Assembly (NCBI GenBank): GCA_038213805.1
Contig: JBBQSO010000005.1
Location: 32,001-96,000 of the forward strand
DNA from: Planctomycetota bacterium
GTDB lineage: Bacteria; Planctomycetota; UBA11346
Reading direction: 5' to 3'
Length of the DNA stretch: 64,000 nt
Part shown: positions 56,049 through 64,000 of the stretch, in pieces
Layout of the letters: the number at the start of each line of letters is the position of its first letter
Numbering within the stretch: the stretch's first letter is position 1
Made by a program: the position numbers and the translations under genes
The notes under the pieces: model-generated
Databases searched by the model: none
What the model was told of the DNA's origin: nothing
What the model saw: the letters and a program-made list of their open reading frames with translations, nothing else

Positions 56049-56294
56049 CGCGGGCCACCTAGCCGAGCCATTCGCGCAAACGTCAGGACGTTCATGACGG
56101 CCAGCATGCCGGTGCGGATCCAGGGGCCCAGTCACAAGCTGCCGATGGTCGACGCGAGGGGCTGGCGTGCGACCGGCTTGGGCATTCTTGAGCTGTGCCT
56201 GGGCGATCCTGCACCGGACACCCGCCGCGACCAGGTGATGCTGACAGAGGTTCCCAGACCTGCCCGTGCCGCGCAGGTGACCAGAAGACACACC

Positions 56295-57326
56295 CTACTG
56301 CGCCATCGCCGGCAACGGCGGCACCAACCGCGGATTCCCCCGCTGATGCCAGTACGGGTAGAGCACCCGCACGTCGCTCGCCGCATCCAAACGCGCGACC
56401 TCATCGACCGTGAGCGACCAGCCCACCGCACCGAGGTTCTGACGCAGCTGCGCTTCGTTGCGCGCGCCGACCACGATGCTCGCCACGGTGGGTTTGCGCA
56501 GCAGCCAGTTGAGCGCGACCTGCGGAACCAGCTTGCCGCGCTCCCCGGCGATGGCGGCGAGCACGTCGACGACGCGGAACAGCACCTCCTCCTCGTAAGG
56601 CACAAAGCTGATCTGGCCGAGGCGACTGTCCTTGGGCGCGGGGGTGCCGCGGCGGACCTTGCCGCTAAGCGCGCCGCCGGCCAGCGGGCTCCAAACGATG
56701 GTGCCGACACCCTGGTCGAGCCCGAGTGGGATCAGCTCCCACTCCAGTTCGCGGCCGACCAGCGAGTAGTAGGCCTGGTGGGCGATGTAGCGGCTCCAGC
56801 CGCGCTGGTCGGCAATGCCCTGGGCCTTCATCAGGTGCCAGCCCGAGAAGTTCGAGCAGGCCAGGTAGCGCACCTTGCCGCTGCGCACCAGATCATCGAG
56901 CGCGGACATGGTTTCGGCGATGGGAGTGAACGCGTCGAAGCCGTGCAGGTGGTAGAGGTCAATGCGGTCGGTGCGCAGGCGGCGCAAGCTGGCCTCGCAC
57001 TGCTCGATGAGGTGTCGGCGCGAAGATCCGAAGTCGTTGGGCCCGTCGCCCATGGGGAAGGTCGCCTTGGTCGATACCAGCACGTGCTCGCGGCGGCCCT
57101 TGAGGGCGCTCCCGAGAATCTCTTCGGACAGACCGCGCGAGTAGACATTGGCGGTGTCGAAGAAGTTCAAACCGCTTTCCAGGCACACGTCGACCAGCCG
57201 CGAGGCCTCGGCGACGTCGGTGCTGCCCCAGGCCTTGAAGAAGTCACCGACGCCGCCGAAGGTCGCGGTTCCGAAGCACAGCACGGGGACGGTGAGGCCG
57301 GAGGCGCCGAGGCGGCGGAATTCCAT
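56295..57326 (-). CDS. Aldo/keto reductase
   Basis: FGTATFGG, FDTANVYS.GLSEEILG, GKVRYLACSNF, WSPLAGG. Confidence 0.92.
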   Translation of the reverse strand: MEFRRLGASGLTVPVLCFGTATFGGVGDFFKAWGSTDVAEASRLVDVCLESGLNFFDTANVYSRGLSEEILGSALKGRREHVLVSTKATFPMGDGPNDFGSSRRHLIEQCEASLRRLRTDRIDLYHLHGFDAFTPIAETMSALDDLVRSGKVRYLACSNFSGWHLMKAQGIADQRGWSRYIAHQAYYSLVGRELEWELIPLGLDQGVGTIVWSPLAGGALSGKVRRGTPAPKDSRLGQISFVPYEEEVLFRVVDVLAAIAGERGKLVPQVALNWLLRKPTVASIVVGARNEAQLRQNLGAVGWSLTVDEVARLDAASDVRVLYPYWHQRGNPRLVPPLPAMAQ

Positions 57327-57498
57327 GGCGCGGTTCCAGATGGCGTTAAGCGGGAACGGGACAGCTGCACACTAAGCTGAAACTTGGCTGCGTCACGGGC
57401 ACGTCGTAGTGCTCTGCCGCTGCCCCCTGAGTCGCGTTTCCAGTGCACCTGTACAACGCTTCGGGCTGTGAACGGTCACGCGATGAGTGGCACGGTGA

Positions 57499-57984
57499 TC
57501 ATGGGGAGTCGAGCGGTCTCACACTCGCATCGCTCGCCGCCCCCGCCACCCGCCTGCGCTCATCCCCGCTTTCGTCGCTGCTCGGCAGGAACCGCTCCAA
57601 GGACTTGACCCAGCGCACCAGCTCGGCGAAGTCCTGTGGCTTGATCATGAACTCGCTGATGCCCCACGAAGAGCAGACCAGCTCATCGTCGGCGCGGTGC
57701 GAGCCGGTCAGCACGACCAGTGGCACTTCGCGCGGGCCATACGCGGTGCGGATGACCTGCAGAAGGGTTTTGCCCTTCAGCCCGGGCAGGCCGAGGTCGA
57801 GCACGACCAGCGCCGGCAGCGGCTTGCCGGCGTAGCCGCCGAGGCGATTCAGCCGTACCACCGCCTCGGTGGCGTCGCTGGCATGCGTGACGGTGGCGTG
57901 CAGACCGCTGGCGATTACGGCAGCCGTGAACAGGTCGCGGTCGTCCTTGCGGTCTTCGATCATGAGGATTTCGGGCGCGGCCAT
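57499..57984 (-). CDS. Single-domain response regulator (receiver)
   Basis: ILMIEDRKDD, VVLDLGLP (phospho-Asp), LTGS, FMIKP. Confidence 0.85.
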   Translation of the reverse strand: MAAPEILMIEDRKDDRDLFTAAVIASGLHATVTHASDATEAVVRLNRLGGYAGKPLPALVVLDLGLPGLKGKTLLQVIRTAYGPREVPLVVLTGSHRADDELVCSSWGISEFMIKPQDFAELVRWVKSLERFLPSSDESGDERRRVAGAASDASVRPLDSP

Positions 57985-58198
57985 GGTGTCCCTATTCCAA
58001 ATGGGTGAGGGCAGACCAACGGTGAGCCTAGCCGGATCCTGAGGCATGTCGAGAACGAGATGGCTCTCACCGTGACGACTTTGGCGGTCAGTGCCCCAAC
58101 CCGCACCACAAACGCGATACAGCGGACGAGCACGGCAGGATGGCTGGCGCCAAATTGCTGATCTCACGCGCAGGGCGGGGGATTGACATGTCGGCCGA

Positions 58199-58612
58199 TC
58201 ACCAGCGCAGCAACGGCCGCGACCAGGGCACCGCGGCAGCGAGGCCGATGAGCGCGATGGTCGCCATGACTGCTGCGCTGCGGGGGCGGCCGCGCTTGCC
58301 AAGGATCTTCGCCCCATGCACCAGCCCGAGGGCGACCAGCATCACCGCCGGATGGATGACGCGCAGGAAGAAGGCCTCGCCGCCCTGACCCGCCGCCGGT
58401 CCCGGCAGGGGGCTGAGCGCATACAGTGCCACACCTAAGACCAGTTGGAGGTCGACTGCGATCATCCACAGCATGGCCAACCGCCCGGCGCTGGCGGTAT
58501 GGCTGCCCGCGGCGCGCCGCCAGGCCGCGATGGTGGCGAACAGGCCGGCGCCGAGCACCACCCAACGCCATAGGCTGTGCGCCGCGAGCAGGAACAGGTA
58601 GGCGGATCCCAT
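58199..58612 (-). CDS. Small four-TM membrane protein with two His (possible heme b ligands)
   Basis: AHSLWRWVVL, DLQLVLGVALY, IHPAVMLVA, VPW; four hydrophobic segments. Confidence 0.7.
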   Translation of the reverse strand: MGSAYLFLLAAHSLWRWVVLGAGLFATIAAWRRAAGSHTASAGRLAMLWMIAVDLQLVLGVALYALSPLPGPAAGQGGEAFFLRVIHPAVMLVALGLVHGAKILGKRGRPRSAAVMATIALIGLAAAVPWSRPLLRW

Positions 58613-58750
58613 GGCATCTCCCCAGTGGTGCGGGTGCGGACGATCCGAAGCGGCCGGGCTTCCGCAATCAGCAGGTGGCACCTTCCTGCACCGGAGGCGA
58701 TCCGGACCCGTCCCGGTGCACCAGGTCCGCGCCCATGCGTTCCGCTCTGC

Positions 58751-59419
58751 TCAGGGGCGAAGACCGTTCCTGCGGGGCTCATCCCCGGTCGCAACCGGGA
58801 TCGCCACTGCCCGCCCATCGGCGATGAGCTCGCCGGAACCCGTCAAGGCGATGGCGTGCGTCTCGCGTTCCCAGTCGAGTCCGGCCGTGGGCAGGCGCAG
58901 GCGCAGGTGGCGCGTGCCACTGCCGCTCAGAAACAGGGCCGCGGTGCCGTCGGACAGTCGTGCCAGGGAGAACTGCGAGAGCTGTAATCGGTTCTCCCCC
59001 CAACGCAGCGGGAAGGATTGGTAGACGCCCTCGCCCTCGATGCTCATCGTCAACTGAAGGCCGTGAAAGTTGTGGTAGGTCACATCGGCGGTTTCGGCGA
59101 TCAGCACCGCGGCGACCAGTACGGCGATCAGAATGATCACCCCTCCGTCATTATTGCCGCCGAAATTCCAGTTTCCGCCGCCGCTGTTGTTGCCAGCGTT
59201 CCCAGCGCTGCCGGAGGAAGCGAACAAGGAGTCCTCGCCCCGCGGCCAAATCGCGTACGCCGACTGGCGCTTCACGAAACCCTTCTCGACGGTGATGCTG
59301 AGATTTGCCGGTTCGTTGTCCGCCCTGGCCTGCCCACAGCCGACCGGGATGACCAGCAGGGCCGCGAGCAGGGGGCAGAGGAGGAGTCGCGTCGCGGGCT
59401 GGAGGTGCGTGCGTTTCAC
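58751..59419 (-). CDS. Hypothetical lipoprotein with internal Gly/Asn linker and hydrophobic helix
   Basis: GTG start with CAGGA RBS; lipobox-like PVGC; GNNSGGGNWNFGGNNDGG followed by VIILIAVLVAAVLIA. Confidence 0.6.
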   Translation of the reverse strand: MKRTHLQPATRLLLCPLLAALLVIPVGCGQARADNEPANLSITVEKGFVKRQSAYAIWPRGEDSLFASSGSAGNAGNNSGGGNWNFGGNNDGGVIILIAVLVAAVLIAETADVTYHNFHGLQLTMSIEGEGVYQSFPLRWGENRLQLSQFSLARLSDGTAALFLSGSGTRHLRLRLPTAGLDWERETHAIALTGSGELIADGRAVAIPVATGDEPRRNGLRP

Positions 59420-59873
59420 TGGGCCGCGTCCTGCTTTTCGCCGAGATCGCGAATCACGATCAGCAGCCCGGAAGCAAGGAGCATGGTTGCACAGGCAAGG
59501 TGAGGCATGGAATTTCCCAGACTTGACGGGGCGGCGGATCCATGGCCATCATCACCGGTCCTCGCACGATTCCTAGGGCTGCATCGGGCCGCGTCTTACC
59601 GGCTGTCCTGCATGGCATTCGGGCCCGTGCATCTGGCAAACAGCACAACCAGGGCGAGCACGCGTCATCGGCCCATCCAAGGTGTATGGTGGCGGACAAA
59701 GCGAGTCTGGAGATGGAGGTGAGCCTGCCTCCGTGCGGCCGCGTGTGTTGGATTCCTACATGCGTGCAGATCTGCGCCGCCCCTTCCGCCCGGAGTGTGG
59801 GTGCTTCCTACAAGCACTCCCCCCGTGCCGGTGTGTATGATGCCGGTGTCACCCCTACCCAAGGACGCCTTCC

Positions 59874-60299
59874 ATGCACATCACCCGCACCCTGCTCGCC
59901 GCCGCCGCCATCCTCGCCCTGACCCCCGCTGCCTTCGCCGAGAGCGCCGGAGCCGGTCGCGCCGACATTCACAGCGATCGCGCCGACATCCACGCCGACC
60001 GCCAGGATATCCGCACGGACAAGGCCGATCGTCACGCTGACCGTGCTGATGCCCACGCCGACTCCCAGGACATCCGCAAGGACGAGCGCGAACTGCACGC
60101 CGACCGCAAGGCCGGCGACAAGGCCGGCGCCGAGGCCATGCGCGCCGACATCCGCGCGGACCGCGCCGACCGCCGTACCGATCGGCGCGACGAGCACCGC
60201 GACACCCGCGACATCCATGCCGACCGTCACGAGGTCCGTGACGATAAGCGTGAGTTCGGCCACGATCGCCGGGACGTGCGCCACAACCGTCGCGATTGA
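59874..60299 (+). CDS. Secreted Asp/Arg/His-rich heptad-repeat protein
   Basis: Signal peptide ending AFA; repeated DRADIHA-like 7-mers; AAGGA RBS. Confidence 0.8.
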   Translation: MHITRTLLAAAAILALTPAAFAESAGAGRADIHSDRADIHADRQDIRTDKADRHADRADAHADSQDIRKDERELHADRKAGDKAGAEAMRADIRADRADRRTDRRDEHRDTRDIHADRHEVRDDKREFGHDRRDVRHNRRD

Positions 60300-60345
60300 G
60301 CCGCCGGCGCAATCAGCGCTGTCGCGCTTGGCGAAGATTCTCAAT

Positions 60346-60373
60346 GCCCCTGGCGCTGATCAGCGCCAGGGGC
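60346..60373. terminator. Perfect 28-bp palindrome between convergent genes, likely terminator
   Basis: GCCCCTGGCGCTGATCAGCGCCAGGGGC. Confidence 0.6.
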
Positions 60374-60413
60374 TTGTGGTTTCACGGCGTGCCTGTCAGG
60401 ATGAACCTGCTCC

Positions 60414-60830
60414 TCAGGGTAGTGGTCGTGGATGATGCAGTTCCTTGATATCGGGACCCTGGAGCGCATCGAAATCCACGTCGGGAATGACCTCGTTCTT
60501 GCCGCGAACCGGGGTCTGGGTTGGCATGGTCGGACCCAGGGCAGCGTATTCCGCACTGGTCAGGGACCAGCGCAGTTGAAGCTGGATCTTGTTCTTACGA
60601 TCCGGCAAGCCGGTCGTTCTGGTGAAGAGGTCGTAGACCAGGACCTCACCGCTGGCCGAATGATCGATCCTGGTACGGATTTTCGTGGTCCGGTCATCGA
60701 CGACGATCTCACTCGCAGCCACGTAGACCTGGGTCTGCGGATCGAGGGTGAAAACGTCGCCCTTGGCGACTTCCGCTTGGGCTCCCGTCGCCAGAAACGC
60801 GAGCAGGATGATCTGGATAGTGGTACTCAT
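60414..60830 (-). CDS. Secreted hypothetical protein
   Basis: GGAGG RBS; signal peptide ending AQA; beta-rich mature part. Confidence 0.65.
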   Translation of the reverse strand: MSTTIQIILLAFLATGAQAEVAKGDVFTLDPQTQVYVAASEIVVDDRTTKIRTRIDHSASGEVLVYDLFTRTTGLPDRKNKIQLQLRWSLTSAEYAALGPTMPTQTPVRGKNEVIPDVDFDALQGPDIKELHHPRPLP

Positions 60831-60997
60831 GGAAGAACCCTCCTCCGACGATGGTCAGTTGTCGGCCTATCGTTCAGGGGCCTTCCCGGGGAATCGCATC
60901 ATGCCGATCCATCAGCCCTGAAAACGCAGACACCCGCAACCATAGGGTGCGGGTGTTGGCGGAAACCATGATCCGGCTCAGACCCGGAGGCAGGATG

Positions 60998-62104
60998 TCA
61001 CTCCCCGTCACCCGCCGCCGCGCCCGCGTCGAGCAGGTTGATGGTGCTGGCCTTGACCTTGGCGGCGATCTCTTCGCAGACCTTGGGGTTGTCCTTGAGG
61101 AACTGCTTGGAGTTCTCGCGGCCCTGGCCGAGCTTGACGGGTCCGTAGGTGAACCAGGCGCCCGACTTGTTGGCGACCTTGCTGATCACCGCGAGGTCGA
61201 GGAGGTCTCCAGTGTAGCTGATGCCCTCGTTGAACATGATGTCGAATTCGGCCTTTGTGAAGGGGGCCGAAACCTTGTTCTTCACCACCTTCACGCGCGT
61301 ACGGTTACCGACCACCTTGTCGCCGTCCATGATCGAGGTCACGCGACGGATGTCGAGGCGCACCGAGGCGGCGAACTTGAGCGCGCGGCCGCCGGGCTGG
61401 GTCTCGGGGCTGCCGTAGATCACGCCGATCTTTTCGCGGATCTGGTTGATGAAGATGACCGTGGCCTTGGACTGGCTGATCGCGCCGGTGAGTTTGCGCA
61501 TGGCCTTGGACATCATGCGCGCCTGCACGCCGACCTGCGATTCATCCATCTCGCCGTCGAGTTCCGCCTTGGGGGTGAGGGCGGCGACCGAGTCGACCAC
61601 CACCACGTCCACCGAGTTCGAGCGCACCAGCAGGTCGCAGATGTCGAGGGCCTGCTCGCCGTAATTGGGCTGGCTGACCAGGATGTCGTTGAGGTTGACG
61701 CCCAGGCGCTCTGCCCAGGTCGGGTCGAGGGCGTGCTCGGCGTCGATGAAGGCGACCACGCCGCCTTCCTTTTGCGCCTGTGCGGCGATGGACAGGGCCA
61801 GCGTGGTCTTGCCGGACGATTCCGGACCGTAGATCTCGATGATACGTCCGCGCGGCACGCCGCCCACGCCGATAGCGATGTCGAGGCTCAGCGAACCGGT
61901 CGAGATCGCGCCGACGTCGACCTTCTCGAACTGACCGAGGCGCATGATCGAGCCCTTGCCGTAGACCTTGTCAATCTGGTCAAGCGCGGCCTCGAGCGCC
62001 TTCTTCTTCGCCGGATCGGCGGCGTTGGAGAGGTTGTGGTTCTTCTCCGGCTTCTCGTCGGAGCGGGAGGACTGGCGGGAGGAGGCGGCTTCGGGAGGGC
62101 TCAT
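60998..62104 (-). CDS. recA: Recombinase A
   Basis: [46 protein letters not shown]. Confidence 0.98.
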   Translation of the reverse strand: MSPPEAASSRQSSRSDEKPEKNHNLSNAADPAKKKALEAALDQIDKVYGKGSIMRLGQFEKVDVGAISTGSLSLDIAIGVGGVPRGRIIEIYGPESSGKTTLALSIAAQAQKEGGVVAFIDAEHALDPTWAERLGVNLNDILVSQPNYGEQALDICDLLVRSNSVDVVVVDSVAALTPKAELDGEMDESQVGVQARMMSKAMRKLTGAISQSKATVIFINQIREKIGVIYGSPETQPGGRALKFAASVRLDIRRVTSIMDGDKVVGNRTRVKVVKNKVSAPFTKAEFDIMFNEGISYTGDLLDLAVISKVANKSGAWFTYGPVKLGQGRENSKQFLKDNPKVCEEIAAKVKASTINLLDAGAAAGDGE

Positions 62105-62220
62105 TGGGTTGGTCCTGGTATGATGTGGGTTGCGTTTGGTGGGTTGCGGTTGGGCTGGCGGGCCGCTCGTGGCATCGACTGCGATCTTCGCAGTGCGCCG
62201 TGCGCGTCAACGCTGGCGGC

Positions 62221-62844
62221 TCAGACGATGGTGCGGTAAACGAAGCACAGCGGGCCGACGATCTGCACCTCGTTGGCGGTGGCCTTCGAGATGATGCGCG
62301 GCTGATACTTGGGATTTGCGGCGATGAGTTCGATGCGGTCGGGATAGTAGCGCACCCGCTTGAGCGTCGCTTCGCCGTCGACTACCACCGCGGCCACCTG
62401 GTTGTCAGCGACCTTGCCTTCGGCCTGGATGACCGCGTAGTCCCCATCGAGGATACCGTCGTCGATCATCGAGTCGCCGCGCACCTGCAGGGCGAAGCGG
62501 CCGGGCGAGGGCTGGATGTCCTTGAGGTAACCTGCGTGCTGTTCGCTGGCCAGGATCGGCACGCCGGCGGCGATCGCACCGATGACGGGCACGCCCTGGC
62601 GGCCAGGAGAGCGGTTGATCGCCGCCCAGCCGGTTTCGGTGAGGCGGACATTGCGCTTCTTCTCGCGATCAGCGGCGAGCAGGCCCTTGCGCACCAGGGC
62701 TTCGACGTGCTTGCTGACCGCGGAGGGGAAGGCGTAGCCGAAGGCCTCGGCGACTTCAGCGCGGCTCGGTTGGTGGCCGGAATCCTCGGCATCGGCGAAG
62801 TAGGCGAGGATTTTGGACTGCTGGGGGGGGAGTTGGCGGCTCAT
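62221..62844 (-). CDS. lexA: SOS repressor LexA
   Basis: Winged HTH (PSRAEVAEAFG), Ala-Gly cleavage site IAAGVP, GDSM (Ser), ATLKR (Lys); directly upstream of recA. Confidence 0.93.
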   Translation of the reverse strand: MSRQLPPQQSKILAYFADAEDSGHQPSRAEVAEAFGYAFPSAVSKHVEALVRKGLLAADREKKRNVRLTETGWAAINRSPGRQGVPVIGAIAAGVPILASEQHAGYLKDIQPSPGRFALQVRGDSMIDDGILDGDYAVIQAEGKVADNQVAAVVVDGEATLKRVRYYPDRIELIAANPKYQPRIISKATANEVQIVGPLCFVYRTIV

Positions 62845-62899
62845 GGAGCTGCTTATGGGGCATTACGAACCGTTGTCAATATGGACTCTGAGGGAGAGG

Positions 62900-63128
62900 G
62901 TCCGGAAGTCGGACAGCCGGACAGTCGGACAGTCGGACAGTCGGACAGCCGGATACCCGGACAGCGGACGTAAGGGAAGGACAGGTGATCCGAGCAGGCC
63001 TTGTACTCGAGTCAGTGCGGCTGTGGGTCCGCTCTCTCAGATCGGTCCTGTCGAGCCAGGAGCGCAAAGCGGACCGTCGCATCTCATCGTCTTCCGTAGT
63101 CGACTTCCGGACTTCCAGACTTCCGGAC
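62900..63128. repeat. Inverted octamer arrays (GTCGGACA/GTCCGGAA)n ... (GACTTCCG)n
   Basis: Left 62900-62969, right 63102-63128, between LysR and the lexA promoter. Confidence 0.7.
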
Positions 63129-63135
63129 GTTCCCC

Positions 63136-64000
63136 TCACGTCACGCGCAATTTCCGCAGCCACTCGATCATCTTGTCCGTGGCCAGCGAGTGGTGCTGCG
63201 GGCGCGACAGCAGGCGGATGGTGCGCGCGACCTTGAGGTCGCGGATCGGCGCGCTGCCCAGTTCAAAGCCCTGGATGCAGCCGTCGGGGATGATGCCCAG
63301 GCCGAGGCCGGAGCGCACCATCGCCTTGATGACCTCGACATTCGCCAGCTCCATCACCGGCGCGAAGGGCAGGCCGGCCTTGATGAAGGCCTGGTCGAGC
63401 AGGGTGCGCACGGTCAGACCTTTGGCGAAGGTGACGATGCGGCGGCGCGCGAGCTCGGCCATGGTGGTGGGCACGTCCTTGGCCGGCAGGTTGGTCGGGA
63501 AGGCGACCATCAGCGGATTCTGGAAGAGCCGCTCAGAAGACAGGCGCGGGTGCTCGGTGGTGCAGACGGCGACGTCGAGTTCGTCGGCCAAAATCATCGC
63601 CATCAGCTGCGGGCTGGACTGGCAGACCACCTCGACCTCGATGCGCGGGTTGGCCTGGATGAAGCGCGAAAGCAGCGGCGGCAGCACGTAGATGCCGATC
63701 GAGTCGACGGTGCCGAGACGCACCTTGCCGCTGACTTCGCCGTGCAGACTGCGCACCCGCTCCGGCAGCAGCGCGAGGTTGCTCAGCACCTCGCGCGCGC
63801 CTTCGGCGAGGATCTCACCGGCGGGGGTCAGGTGCGCGCCCTGCGGCGTGCGTTCGACCAGCACCGCCTTGAGCTGGCGTTCGAGATCCTGGATTTGCCG
63901 GGTGATCGATGGCTGGGTCAGCCCGCGCGAGCGCGCGGCGGCGCTGAGGCTGCCGTGCTCGGCGATGGCGAGGAGGCTGGCGAGGGCGTGCGGCGACAGG
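63136..64000 (-). CDS. LysR-family transcriptional regulator (5' end outside the window)
   Basis: AEHGSLSAAA..LTQPSITRQIQDLE HTH upstream of the tracked ORF; LTPAGE; VRSGLGLGIIP. Confidence 0.92.
   Translation of the reverse strand, partial: LSPHALASLLAIAEHGSLSAAARSRGLTQPSITRQIQDLERQLKAVLVERTPQGAHLTPAGEILAEGAREVLSNLALLPERVRSLHGEVSGKVRLGTVDSIGIYVLPPLLSRFIQANPRIEVEVVCQSSPQLMAMILADELDVAVCTTEHPRLSSERLFQNPLMVAFPTNLPAKDVPTTMAELARRRIVTFAKGLTVRTLLDQAFIKAGLPFAPVMELANVEVIKAMVRSGLGLGIIPDGCIQGFELGSAPIRDLKVARTIRLLSRPQHHSLATDKMIEWLRKLRVT

Noticed and set aside
58145..58160. TGGCGCCAAATTGCT as a sigma-54 promoter
   Set aside because: GG-to-GC spacing is 9 rather than 10, and no + strand gene lies downstream.

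Overview
High-GC bacterial chromosome segment, mostly housekeeping and carbohydrate-metabolism genes. A PVC-superphylum origin (probably Planctomycetota) is inferred from the PVC-type CxxCH heme protein, DUF1080, DUF58, a large PQQ-propeller protein and an insertion-expanded LepB. Recognisable genes: dapC-like aminotransferase, acpS, plsC, lepB, lptB, holA, rsmB, pth, rpmH (missed by the ORF track), mutM, hemB, metB-like, pheS, two speE paralogues around an ornithine decarboxylase, lexA-recA and a truncated LysR. I found no rRNA, tRNA, CRISPR array, transposase or integrase. Most notable observations: (1) about ten intergenic elements bounded by inverted microsatellite arrays or ~30-40 bp inverted repeats around unique spacers; (2) a fucokinase/GDP-fucose pyrophosphorylase resembling the plant FKGP type; (3) a protein of five tandem ~46-aa HTH-like repeats; (4) a speE-ODC-speE' operon whose second SpeE has a degenerate active site; (5) a probable 6S RNA plus a second unexplained rod-like RNA; (6) an L-galactose-catabolism-like gene pair facing an unclassified glycoside hydrolase; (7) a sigma-54 promoter on an orphan NarK transporter. 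All family assignments come from motif recognition by eye, not database searches.
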